From assembly GCA_964505635.1 (NCBI GenBank), contig CAZDIP010000003.1, positions 15,313-79,312 on the forward strand: DNA of 64,000 nt, in the 5' to 3' direction. This DNA comes from an uncultured Candidatus Saccharibacteria bacterium. GTDB taxonomy: Bacteria > Patescibacteriota > Doudnabacteria > UBA920. The notes under the pieces were generated by a model. It did not search any database. It was not told the origin of the DNA and saw only the letters and a program-made list of their open reading frames with translations. Both the position numbers and the translations under genes were made by a program. Positions 1 to 8,897 of this stretch are shown here, piece by piece; within the stretch, counting starts at the first letter, position 1; the number at the start of each line of letters is the position of its first letter.

Positions 1-582
1 GGTGAAGCAGGATCAAGCGGCACTCCGGAAGAAAGAAAACAAGAGGCCATAGAAGCTGCCAAAATTTCCGGCGTAGCCGATGTTGAATTTTTAAATATGG
101 GCGGCGACTGCCACATAGAAAACACGGCCGAAAACAGAATTCAAATTGCCAAAATAATTCGCGAATTTAAACCTGACGCTGTACTAGCCCCTGAACTTGA
201 AATAAACCAACACCCGGACCACTATATTGTCGCGCAAATCGCCCATGCGGCGTGCCGCTTGGCTCGCTATGGTGGTTTAGCAGAATTAAAAGCTTTAGAT
301 GTTCATAAAGTTGGAGCTTTGTATTTTTACCCTTCACGCGCCGAATGGGGAGAAAAGCCGGACATAATAATAGACGTAAGCGAAAATTACGAAACATGGA
401 TAAAAGCTATGCAGGCTCACAAAAGCCAAATGAAAACCAAATCTTACGTAAATTTGGTTACCACCAAAGCCGCGGCCTGGGGCGCTAGCATAGGCGTAGA
501 ACACGCTATAGGTCTTTGGACAAACGATCCAATTCGAATAGATAATATTTCTGATCTGAATTTATCTTCCCGCAATTACTAA
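1..582 (+). CDS. bshB1: Bacillithiol biosynthesis deacetylase BshB1 (PIG-L family), 5'-truncated by window edge
   Basis: Frame open from base 1 (GEAGSSGTPEERKQEA..., the PIG-L GEAG..GT...R..E motif); HPDH motif; KAMQAHKSQ; directly upstream of a bshA-like gene. Confidence 0.8.
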   Translation, partial: GEAGSSGTPEERKQEAIEAAKISGVADVEFLNMGGDCHIENTAENRIQIAKIIREFKPDAVLAPELEINQHPDHYIVAQIAHAACRLARYGGLAELKALDVHKVGALYFYPSRAEWGEKPDIIIDVSENYETWIKAMQAHKSQMKTKSYVNLVTTKAAAWGASIGVEHAIGLWTNDPIRIDNISDLNLSSRNY

Positions 583-584
583 TA

Positions 585-680
585 AAATTCGAAATACAAA
601 ATCCTAAATACGAAAAAATTCAAACTTTAAATATTTAAATTTATTAATTTTTCGAATTTCGATATTCGGATTTAGAATCT
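585..680. repeat. Intergenic imperfect palindrome built from 7-bp units (AAATTCG-like left arm, CGAATTT-like right arm)
   Basis: aaattcg aaataca aaatcct aaatacg (585-612) and inverted ttcgaattt cgatatt cggattt agaatct (651-680). Confidence 0.75.
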
Positions 681-685
681 ATTTT

Positions 686-1837
686 ATGAAAAACCTTAAA
701 GTCGGCATTGTCTGTTACCCCTCTGTTGGCGGGAGCGGAATAGTTGCTACTAACTTAGGATTAGAACTTTCTAAACTTGGCCACGAGGTTCATTTTATTT
801 CTTATGAGCCGCCTTTTAGGCTATCTCAAAAACATTCGCGCATTTATTTCCACAAAGTCCATATTAACGAATACAGCCTGTTTAAGTACCCAGACTACAC
901 TCTGCCTTTAGCCGTGGAAATTGGCAATGTCCATGAACAATACGAGCTCGATGTTGTGCACGTCCACTACGCTGTTCCGCACGCCACGGCTGCGCTTTTA
1001 GCCAAAGATATGATACAGCAGTGCAGTCACTGCAAACCCCCCAAAATTATTACCACGCTCCACGGAACGGACATAACCCTTTTAGCACAGGATAAAAGCC
1101 TTGACGAAGTTATTAAATTCTCCATAGAAAAATCAGGCGGGGTAACGGCTGTTTCAAAAAGCTTAAAGTTAGATACTCAAAAAATTTTAAAAACCAAAAA
1201 ACCAATAGAAGTTATTTATAACTTCTATTCCCCGCCGCCACCCACTAAATCCAGAGAAAGCATCCGCCGGAGTTTAAAAATAAAAAGTAGTGATATTTTG
1301 GGTATACATCTTTCCAACCTGCGTCCGGTAAAAAGAATACCGGACTTACTTCATATAGCGGCAAACCTAAAAAAATACCCGGGCTTTAAATTGTTAATTC
1401 TTGCCGGTGTTGACTTTTCTCCTTATAAAGCCTTGGTAAAAAAACTTGGCATTTCAAACAAAATAATTGTTAAGGAAAAAATTAAAGACATAGAAAACTA
1501 TATTAACGCTTCGGACATTGGACTCTTTACGTCCGAAACCGAAAGTTTTGGCATGGGCGCGTTGGAATGTATGGCCTACGGCCTGCCGGTTTTAGCTACA
1601 AATAGCGGGGGCACGCCGGAAGTTATAGAACACAAAAAAACCGGCCTGCTAAGCAAAGTAGGTGATATTAAAAACTTTACCAATAATCTTAAACTGTTAA
1701 TTAGCAACCAAAGCCTAAGAAACCAAATGGGCGAAGCAGCCCAAGAGACGGCAAGTAAAAAATTCTGCAGCTCTATGATTATCCCAAAGTATGTGGGGTA
1801 CTACAAAAAAATCCTCTCGCAAAAAAGCAGCCCTTAA
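686..1837 (+). CDS. bshA: N-acetyl-alpha-D-glucosaminyl L-malate synthase BshA (GT4)
   Basis: GIVCYPSVGGSG.VAT.LG, HVHYAVPHA, TTLHGTDIT, SNLRPVKR, SETESFG motifs characteristic of BshA. Confidence 0.9.
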   Translation: MKNLKVGIVCYPSVGGSGIVATNLGLELSKLGHEVHFISYEPPFRLSQKHSRIYFHKVHINEYSLFKYPDYTLPLAVEIGNVHEQYELDVVHVHYAVPHATAALLAKDMIQQCSHCKPPKIITTLHGTDITLLAQDKSLDEVIKFSIEKSGGVTAVSKSLKLDTQKILKTKKPIEVIYNFYSPPPPTKSRESIRRSLKIKSSDILGIHLSNLRPVKRIPDLLHIAANLKKYPGFKLLILAGVDFSPYKALVKKLGISNKIIVKEKIKDIENYINASDIGLFTSETESFGMGALECMAYGLPVLATNSGGTPEVIEHKKTGLLSKVGDIKNFTNNLKLLISNQSLRNQMGEAAQETASKKFCSSMIIPKYVGYYKKILSQKSSP

Positions 1838-2517
1838 CGGCTGCTTTTAAATTCCACCAACTTCCCCGCTTTTATTTCTATTTTATCTGCCTTGCGTAAG
1901 TTTCTAATTTGGGCTGACGATAATATTTGGTAATGTTTTATTTCATCTAATTTCTCCGGTATCTCAAAAAGGTTCTTCTCAGATGTTCTCCAAAATCTAA
2001 AATTAAAAAATCGTAGATCAAAAATTTTTGAATATTCCCTTAAAGTTTTTTTGCCGTTGTCATCAAAATACTCGTGAAAGTACGACAATGCAAGTTCTCG
2101 CAATGTACGGTATATAGGCTCGCGGTATCTTAACACTGCGTGGTTGGTTTTGCTAATTGCGCCATAGCAGCCAAACTGCTTAAACACAGCCACTACATGG
2201 TCAAAGTCGTGGCTTACTGACCTTAAATCCATAACCAATGGCTTTGCGCCGTGAAATTCCAAAACCGCGGCCGCAAACATCGCGCCTTCCATACAATGCG
2301 CGGTTTTATGTTTTAAAACCACACGGGGCGAACAAACAGTTTCGCCTTTTTTTTCAAAATTGATAGTTAGAGAATTTAAAAAATCCTGTATTTTTTTCGG
2401 CGAATTCAGTTTTTTAAATATCTTTATTTCGCTTCTATTATATTGGAAACTTTTCACTTTCTTTTTGTGTGTTGTGGCAATCTTGTCATTCTTGTTCAAT
2501 CTTGTCACTCTTGTCAA
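1834..2517 (-). CDS. Conserved hypothetical protein, transglutaminase/papain-like Cys-His motifs; true start probably the GTG near 2456
   Basis: AHCMEGA, DHVVAVF, GAISKTNHAVLRYREPIY motifs; the annotated N-terminus overlaps the gnd tail and is repeat-derived. Confidence 0.6.
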   Translation of the reverse strand: MTRVTRLNKNDKIATTHKKKVKSFQYNRSEIKIFKKLNSPKKIQDFLNSLTINFEKKGETVCSPRVVLKHKTAHCMEGAMFAAAVLEFHGAKPLVMDLRSVSHDFDHVVAVFKQFGCYGAISKTNHAVLRYREPIYRTLRELALSYFHEYFDDNGKKTLREYSKIFDLRFFNFRFWRTSEKNLFEIPEKLDEIKHYQILSSAQIRNLRKADKIEIKAGKLVEFKSSR

Positions 2518-2519
2518 TC
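2479..2519. repeat. Tandem 9-10 bp repeat (AATCTTGTC) spanning the gnd stop codon
   Basis: aatcttgtc attcttgttc aatcttgtc actcttgtc aatc. Confidence 0.7.
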
Positions 2520-3442
2520 ACCCCGTGTCCCCCAAACTGTTTTCTTAAAAGTGCCACAATTTTGTTGGAAAACTTATTTTGATTCTCAGGCAACTTTGAT
2601 TCTTTCCGCACGTTCACAGAATCCTCAATCACCCTTACGTCCACCCCTAATTCTTTGGCAGTTTCCACAGTCCATTCACCTTCCCCAAGCATATTAATTT
2701 CTCCCTTAGTTTTTTCTAAATCTTCCTGCTCAAAAATATTTCTAACCAAGTCAATAAGCCAGCTGCGAATCACCGTGCCTTGTTGATAAATTTTTGTAAC
2801 CTGCAAAAGATCGACTTTTAAATCAGAGGCTTTCAAAACGCCATAGCCCTCGCCTATGGCTTCCATCATCCCATATTCAATCCCATTATGCACCATTTTT
2901 ACAAAATGTCCCGCCCCATTTTTGCCTACCAGGCCATAATTTTGTCCATTTGATAACGCTTTTAAAATTGATTCGATTTTGTTATAGCTTTCTTTTTCCC
3001 CGCCGACCATTAAAGCAAAACCATTTTCCAGTCCCCACACGCCGCCGCTTACTCCAACGTCAAAAAAATCAATGCCCATTTCCTTTAGTTTTTTCGCACG
3101 CTGAATGCTTTTTTTATAATGGCTATTGCCACCGTCTATAACTATGTCGCCTTTTTTCAAATGCCCTCCCAACAAATCCTTATAAAACAAAAAATCCTCT
3201 ACCGTCTCCTGCGGCAACATCAGCCAAAAAATTCTTGGGCTTTCATCCATAGAACTAATCATATCGTCCATACTGGCAAATGCCCGACAGCCCTGCACAT
3301 TGGTTTTAGTACTAATATAGTTGTTAAATTCTTGTCTCGGCTCCTCGCTGCGATTCCAGGCCAGTACCGAAAAACCGCTATTATGAAGCCTTTTGGCAAT
3401 TTGCATACCCATTTTTCCTAAACCAAATACTGCTACTTGCAT
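2486..3442 (-). CDS. gnd: 6-phosphogluconate dehydrogenase, decarboxylating (short YqeC-type)
   Basis: GLGKMG, IDGGNS, DVGVSGG, GAGHFVKMVHNGIEYGMM, LRKQFGGH. Confidence 0.93.
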   Translation of the reverse strand: MQVAVFGLGKMGMQIAKRLHNSGFSVLAWNRSEEPRQEFNNYISTKTNVQGCRAFASMDDMISSMDESPRIFWLMLPQETVEDFLFYKDLLGGHLKKGDIVIDGGNSHYKKSIQRAKKLKEMGIDFFDVGVSGGVWGLENGFALMVGGEKESYNKIESILKALSNGQNYGLVGKNGAGHFVKMVHNGIEYGMMEAIGEGYGVLKASDLKVDLLQVTKIYQQGTVIRSWLIDLVRNIFEQEDLEKTKGEINMLGEGEWTVETAKELGVDVRVIEDSVNVRKESKLPENQNKFSNKIVALLRKQFGGHGVIDKSDKIEQE

Positions 3443-3488
3443 TATATTTTTGTTAATCTTAATAAAATTATTATATCACGACAATGGG

Positions 3489-3887
3489 TTAAAATATGAA
3501 GTTTATTGCGGCCAATAAACTAAATTCCAAAGCCGACAATACGCACCAGGTACAAAAGGCTTTAAGCACAAAGGCCTGAATATATAAAAAATACATGGAA
3601 AAAGCCCATCCAAAACCAACTAACCATAAAACCGGCCACATAGGAGAAATACCCTGGGCAACTAGGATTAACAAAATAAACAATGCCAAATACATAATAA
3701 ACCCTAAAAACCCATTTGGTATTCCAAAAGTTTTGCTATAACTGCTAAATTGAACCTTTTCACACCACTCTGGTGGAAAAAATAAACAATAAACTTTTGT
3801 CTTTGTAATAGAATGATAGGATAAATACAAAGTATTTAAAATCCCAATCCCTGCTAAAACCAAACTAAATTTAATTTGCCAAAGCAT
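3489..3887 (-). CDS. Vitamin K epoxide reductase (VKOR) family membrane protein
   Basis: Four TM segments, loop cysteines C-x7-C with SSYS, active-site CTWC. Confidence 0.85.
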   Translation of the reverse strand: MLWQIKFSLVLAGIGILNTLYLSYHSITKTKVYCLFFPPEWCEKVQFSSYSKTFGIPNGFLGFIMYLALFILLILVAQGISPMWPVLWLVGFGWAFSMYFLYIQAFVLKAFCTWCVLSALEFSLLAAINFIF

Positions 3888-3898
3888 ATAATTTTGAC

Positions 3899-4435
3899 TT
3901 AATTATTAATTAAACTTATATAATGTTTTTTAAATTTTTGCAGTTTAGGATTTATAACCACCTGACAGTACGGTTTGTCCTTATTTCTTTCAAAATAATT
4001 ATGGTGGTAGTCTTCGGCTTCGTAAAATTTATCTAAAGGTTTAACTTGGGTGACAATCGGGCTGTTATAAACCTTGTCTAATGTTAATAGCGCAATAAAT
4101 TTTTCCGCTTCTGCCTTTTGCTGTGGTGAAGTATAAAAAATTACGCTCCTATATTGCTCTCCTACGTCGTTCCCCTGCCTGTTTAAAGTAGTTGGGTCGT
4201 GGGTAGAAAAAAATACTTCAAGCAAAACTTTATATTCTATTTGCGCCGGGTCGTACTCAATTTTTATAACTTCCGCATGACCGGTCTTGCCGCCGCATAC
4301 TTCCTCATAAGTTGGGTTTGACTTAGTTCCACCAGCATAGCCCGGCTTAACGCTAATAACTCCCTTTAATTTTTGAAATATTGCCTCCGTGCACCAGAAG
4401 CATCCATTACCAAATATTGCTATCTGTGTACTCAT
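3899..4435 (-). CDS. msrA: Peptide methionine sulfoxide reductase MsrA
   Basis: GCFWC, GYAGG, TGHAE, HDPTTLNRQGNDVG.QYRS, AEDYH. Confidence 0.95.
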   Translation of the reverse strand: MSTQIAIFGNGCFWCTEAIFQKLKGVISVKPGYAGGTKSNPTYEEVCGGKTGHAEVIKIEYDPAQIEYKVLLEVFFSTHDPTTLNRQGNDVGEQYRSVIFYTSPQQKAEAEKFIALLTLDKVYNSPIVTQVKPLDKFYEAEDYHHNYFERNKDKPYCQVVINPKLQKFKKHYISLINN

Positions 4436-4437
4436 AT

Positions 4438-4746
4438 TTATATTCTTTTAATACTCTTCTTTATTACACTCTGAAACAAAATTACGCAAGGCCTATTTTC
4501 CTTTTTATAAAAAGACTTTACGCCAAGCCATCTGTCACAACTGGGGCAGATTATCTTTCCGGCTATTTTCAGCTTACCAATATTTAATATTCTATCCAAA
4601 TAAATTCTTTTTAAAGACCCTGGACCGTCTTTTTGATAATCGCAAATATACTTCCCACACCCCTCGCAGCTTAAATTTAGCAACCTTGAATAGCCACCTC
4701 TGGCTTTTCTATATTTATCAGAAATCAATTTTAATGGCTTTTCCAT
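4438..4746 (-). CDS. Conserved hypothetical zinc-ribbon protein
   Basis: Two CxxC pairs (CEGC, CPSC) flanking YQKDGPG.LKR.YLDRI; operonic spacing. Confidence 0.65.
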   Translation of the reverse strand: MEKPLKLISDKYRKARGGYSRLLNLSCEGCGKYICDYQKDGPGSLKRIYLDRILNIGKLKIAGKIICPSCDRWLGVKSFYKKENRPCVILFQSVIKKSIKRI

Positions 4747-4747
4747 A

Positions 4748-5359
4748 TTATTTATTTAATTTCTTCATCGCCCTGTCGTGGATTTTATTAAACAACAGCA
4801 ACGCTAAAATTCCGCCTAGTAGAGCGTACCACATATCTGACTGCGTATCCCATATGTAACCTTGGGTGCCTAAAAAGTCTGTGGCGGCATCACCCATTAT
4901 TAACGCGCCTGCCCATTCAATAAGTTCATAAACCGCGCTAATTGCCAAGACTACGCAAATAATTACAAAATTAAGCCACTTACCTTGTTTTAAAGGCGAA
5001 GTCCTTATAAAAATTTCCCTGGCAACAAGCGCGGGGAAAAACCCTTGCGCCAAATGCCCAACTTTGTCGTAGTTATTGCGCGCGAAAAGGCCAATCTCCT
5101 TAAACCAGTTAAAAAACGGCACTTCCGCGTAAGTGTAATGCCCCCCAACCATTAAAATTATGGCGTGAAGGGCAATAAACCCGTACAAAAGCGTACTTAG
5201 CCTAAAGCGGTTATAAGTAAAATACAAAACAAAAAACCCAATTACAGCAGGCGCAACTTCCATAGACCAGGTTAAGTAGTCTTTTGGACCAATTGCCGAC
5301 CAAATAAAAACCAAAGTGGCTAACCCTAAAAATATTTTGTGTTTTGCGGTTTCTTTCAT
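4748..5359 (-). CDS. DUF2238 (YjdF-like) inner membrane protein
   Basis: GGHYTYAEVP, RNNYDKVGH, FLGTQG..WDTQSDM. Confidence 0.88.
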   Translation of the reverse strand: MKETAKHKIFLGLATLVFIWSAIGPKDYLTWSMEVAPAVIGFFVLYFTYNRFRLSTLLYGFIALHAIILMVGGHYTYAEVPFFNWFKEIGLFARNNYDKVGHLAQGFFPALVAREIFIRTSPLKQGKWLNFVIICVVLAISAVYELIEWAGALIMGDAATDFLGTQGYIWDTQSDMWYALLGGILALLLFNKIHDRAMKKLNK

Positions 5360-5901
5360 TTTAAAATAATATTTCTTAATTGCTTTCTTAAAAATTTATA
5401 ATCAGGAATAGTACGTCCGACCAACTCCCAAAACCCCGCGCTATGGTTCATTTCTTTTAAATGGCACAACTCGTGGACAATTAGATAGTCTAATAATTCA
5501 GGAGATAAATGGACAATCTTATAATGAAAATTCAAATTTCCTTTCCTGCTGCAGCTGCCCCAGCGAGTTTTTTGATTCTTAATAGATATTCGATTAAAGC
5601 TAAATCCGTAAAACTGATTCCAATAGCTTACTTTTTCCTCTGCCAAAACGCGCGCTTGGAATTTTAGCTGGCGATATTCACTGGCAGATGCTTGCAAACG
5701 CGGACGGTCTTTATATTTAGAAATAAACTTTAATTTTTCTAAAATCCAGCTGCTTTTCTTATAAATAAAGTCCTCGAGTCTGTTCTGCGGCATGAACCAG
5801 GGCACTGTGACTACAACGCCCGCGTCGCACGAAACCGAAATGCGCATAAGCCTCGCTCGTTTACTGCGCCTTAATTTGTAAGTTATATTCTGATCTTTCA
5901 T
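5356..5901 (-). CDS. YgjP/DUF45-like zinc metallohydrolase
   Basis: QKTRWGSCS and IVHELCHL.EMNHS..FW. Confidence 0.88.
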   Translation of the reverse strand: MKDQNITYKLRRSKRARLMRISVSCDAGVVVTVPWFMPQNRLEDFIYKKSSWILEKLKFISKYKDRPRLQASASEYRQLKFQARVLAEEKVSYWNQFYGFSFNRISIKNQKTRWGSCSRKGNLNFHYKIVHLSPELLDYLIVHELCHLKEMNHSAGFWELVGRTIPDYKFLRKQLRNIILK

Positions 5902-6446
5902 TTTCCTATTTGATAGTAAATACTACTGCCATTCACCCCTTCTTCCAAAGCTTTATAAACCCCTTGCCCTGCGGAAGGAGTTGCTACTGTTATATTTAAA
6001 TTTACCGGTTCGTCCTGATTTTCAAAATTCGCATAAACAGCGCAGTGCCCATCGGGCGTATAAATATAGCCATAATTTGTTTTACTTTGAGTGCCGGTTT
6101 TTGGATCTTTAGGCAGCATAGAACTAAATTGAGAAAGCTGCGGGTATTTTACAGTTAACTCCGGTACCAAATCTGCTAAATCGTAATCTCCGGCTCCGCC
6201 GTTTGGCGCGTAACAGCTGGACGAATACAAAAACCTGCCCATTTGCACCAGGTCGGTTTTTCTTTTTACGTCCCCGGCTTTTTTCCTGGTATTTGCCGTG
6301 GCAATAATTACAACAGATGATAGTAATCCTATAATCGCAATTACCGCCAAAAGTTCCACCAAACTAAACCCAGCTCCACTTTTCTGTAACGGGCGATAAC
6401 TAACAACATTATTTTGATTATTCAAATTTAATTTATTGTCTATCAT
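5898..6446 (-). CDS. Type IV pilin/pseudopilin-like protein
   Basis: Class III signal G|FSLVELLAVIAIIGLL, RKKAGD.KR..D, PKDP motif, two cysteines. Confidence 0.85.
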   Translation of the reverse strand: MIDNKLNLNNQNNVVSYRPLQKSGAGFSLVELLAVIAIIGLLSSVVIIATANTRKKAGDVKRKTDLVQMGRFLYSSSCYAPNGGAGDYDLADLVPELTVKYPQLSQFSSMLPKDPKTGTQSKTNYGYIYTPDGHCAVYANFENQDEPVNLNITVATPSAGQGVYKALEEGVNGSSIYYQIGK

Positions 6447-6479
6447 AAAAAGTGAAAAGTGGAGCGGGGCAAGTCCTTT

Positions 6480-6791
6480 TTATTTTTTCCATCTATATTT
6501 TTCAATTTGAATTTTAAAATCTTTTTCAATTTTAATACCATCGCGAACTAACAAATCTCTCTGCTGCTCTTTTGTAGCTGTCCAATTACCGCGTATTGAA
6601 ATTTCACCTTTATTATTTATAACTCGCCACCAGGGTGTATTGAAATTTCTAATGTCCGACAACTTTAATATCTGTCCCACCTGCCTTGCCGCGCTTGGGT
6701 GCCCACAAGCCGCAGCCACCTGCCCATAGCTCACCACTTTACCTTTAGGAATTTTGTTTATAAACTCAATTACTTGCGATTTAAAATTCAT
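6480..6791 (-). CDS. Alkyltransferase-like protein (ATL, MGMT family, no catalytic Cys); start at MNFK preferred
   Basis: IPKGKVVSYGQVA, ARQVG, PWWRVIN in place of PCHR. Confidence 0.85.
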   Translation of the reverse strand: MNFKSQVIEFINKIPKGKVVSYGQVAAACGHPSAARQVGQILKLSDIRNFNTPWWRVINNKGEISIRGNWTATKEQQRDLLVRDGIKIEKDFKIQIEKYRWKK

Positions 6792-6796
6792 AAAAC

Positions 6797-8260
6797 TTAC
6801 ATCTCCTGCCAAAGCCTAGAATCTTTTGCCATAAAATCTTCGGCTTCTTTGGGACCAATGCTGCCTTTTTTATAAACAGTTAAAGGTAAATTTTTCCATG
6901 CCGCTGTAATTGAATCTATAAACCTCCAGGCTGCCTCAATCTCATCACTGCGAATAAATAATCTTTGATCCCCTTGAATGAAATCCAAAAGCAATCTTTC
7001 GTAGGCCGATGGTATTTCTCCTTTAAACTTTTGATGATATGAAAATTCCAAACGTGACTGATGCAGGGTAATTCCAAAACCCGGAATTTTGTTGTTAATC
7101 TGCAAATGTACGGATTCGTTAGGTTGAATCCTGAAAGTTAACACATTATGATCGCAGCCTTTAAACAGGCAACGTTTTAACTCCTTAAAGTGCACGGAAA
7201 TTTCCGTAAAGGTTTTTTTAACCGCCTTGCCCGTGCGTATGTATATAGGGACATCCTGTAAACGTTCAATGTCAACAAAAGTCTTTAAGGCGACAAAAGT
7301 TTCAGTTTGACTATCCGCCCCGACTTCCCGCTTATAATTCTGATATTGCCCCTTAACCACATACTCTTTTAGCTCTCGCGGTTTAGCTGGTCTTAAGGCA
7401 TTCAAAATTTTAGCTTTCTCGTCTCTTATATGCTGGGGCGTAAGCTCTTTGGGTTCATCCATTAAAACCAGAGCCAACATCTGCAAAGCATGATTTTGAA
7501 TTATATCTTTTAGGGCTCCTGTCTGATCATAATATTCCACCCGTCCCCTAATTCCATCTTGTTCCAACACCGAAATCTGCACATGGTCAATAAAATTTTT
7601 ATTCCACAGAGGTTCAAAAATAGAATTGGCAAAACGAGCCACAATTAAATTTTGCACGGTTTCCTTTCCTACATAGTGGTCAATACGGTAAATCTGCTCT
7701 TCTGTAAAATATTTTAACAAAAGCTTATTTAGAGCCGCTGCCGATTCTAAGTTAAAGCCAAAAGGCTTTTCCACTAAAACCCTGACTTTTCGCTGGTGCT
7801 TTGCACAAGATCTTAAAAGACCTCCGGTCTTAAGCATCTGCGCTATTTGAGAAAAAAGTTGTGGGCTGGTAGCAAAATAATACAACCTGTTATGACAACT
7901 ATGCTTGCCCTTATCTTCATCCGATAATAATTGCCCCAAATTTTTAAAGCTTTTTGAATCGTTTAAATCCGTCTGGAAATAAACCAAATGCCTTAAAAAA
8001 TGTTTTTTCGCATTTGGAGTGTTTAAAGTTTTTAATTTTGTTGATTTGTTTACAATAAAATCTAAAAAAGTTTTGTTGGTAAACGGCTTTCTTCCCACGC
8101 AAACTAACTTAAAATTATCCGGTAAAAGACCCTTTGAGTCCATGTGATGCAACGCTGGCAATAAATAATCGGCGGATAAAGATCCGGTCGCACCAAAAAT
8201 TGTCAATATTGTTGGTTCTAAAGGTTTAAGAAGTTTATGAAAATTTATTTGCCTTAACAT
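6797..8260 (-). CDS. zwf: Glucose-6-phosphate 1-dehydrogenase
   Basis: IFGATG, EKPFG, YRIDHYVGKETVQN, DIIQNH, RTGK, AYERLL. Confidence 0.95.
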   Translation of the reverse strand: MLRQINFHKLLKPLEPTILTIFGATGSLSADYLLPALHHMDSKGLLPDNFKLVCVGRKPFTNKTFLDFIVNKSTKLKTLNTPNAKKHFLRHLVYFQTDLNDSKSFKNLGQLLSDEDKGKHSCHNRLYYFATSPQLFSQIAQMLKTGGLLRSCAKHQRKVRVLVEKPFGFNLESAAALNKLLLKYFTEEQIYRIDHYVGKETVQNLIVARFANSIFEPLWNKNFIDHVQISVLEQDGIRGRVEYYDQTGALKDIIQNHALQMLALVLMDEPKELTPQHIRDEKAKILNALRPAKPRELKEYVVKGQYQNYKREVGADSQTETFVALKTFVDIERLQDVPIYIRTGKAVKKTFTEISVHFKELKRCLFKGCDHNVLTFRIQPNESVHLQINNKIPGFGITLHQSRLEFSYHQKFKGEIPSAYERLLLDFIQGDQRLFIRSDEIEAAWRFIDSITAAWKNLPLTVYKKGSIGPKEAEDFMAKDSRLWQEM

Positions 8261-8300
8261 GATATAATAATAACATCAATAAACTTCAAAAACAAAAACT

Positions 8301-8846
8301 ATGGAAACAACCCATTTTTATATTGCCCTATTTGTCCATATTATCTCATTAATTATTGGTTTTGGGGCAGTAATAGTCATTGACAGTTTTGGCCTTTTAA
8401 TGCTCTTTAAAAAGGTCCCTCTAAGCATGCCAAAAAAAGTAGCTGATATTACCCAGCCGCTAATTTGGATCGGTTGGACCGGACTTGTTATTTCTGGCAT
8501 TAATTTAATTGTTTTAAAAGGTTATATTGATAACTTAACTACAGTTAAACTCTTTTTTGTCCTACTTTTGGGGCTAAACGGGGTATTCCTTCATTTCATA
8601 AAAAAGGCTTTAGATAAATACTCACAACTTAGTCAGATGCCGGATATTTGGAAATTTAGAATTGCAATGGCTTCTTTAATTTCACAAACCGGTTGGTGGG
8701 GAGCAATCCTAATTGGTTTTGTTCATAGGCATATTGAGCACTATATCCCCTGGCCGCAAAACCCTTTCTATTATATTTTAGGCATAAGCGTATTTTTCCT
8801 GGCAGGCATGGCTTTAGGCGAAATTGTTTTTAAAAAAAATAAATAG
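8301..8846 (+). CDS. Hypothetical multi-pass membrane protein
   Basis: About five hydrophobic helices; followed by a strong terminator. Confidence 0.7.
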   Translation: METTHFYIALFVHIISLIIGFGAVIVIDSFGLLMLFKKVPLSMPKKVADITQPLIWIGWTGLVISGINLIVLKGYIDNLTTVKLFFVLLLGLNGVFLHFIKKALDKYSQLSQMPDIWKFRIAMASLISQTGWWGAILIGFVHRHIEHYIPWPQNPFYYILGISVFFLAGMALGEIVFKKNK

Positions 8847-8853
8847 TCTGTAA

Positions 8854-8892
8854 TTTAAAAATCCCCCCGCCTCGGGCGGGGGGATTTTTAAA
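8854..8892. terminator. Bidirectional intrinsic terminator
   Basis: tttaaaaatccccccgcc-tcg-ggcggggggatttttaaa between convergent genes. Confidence 0.9.
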
Positions 8893-8897
8893 TAAAA

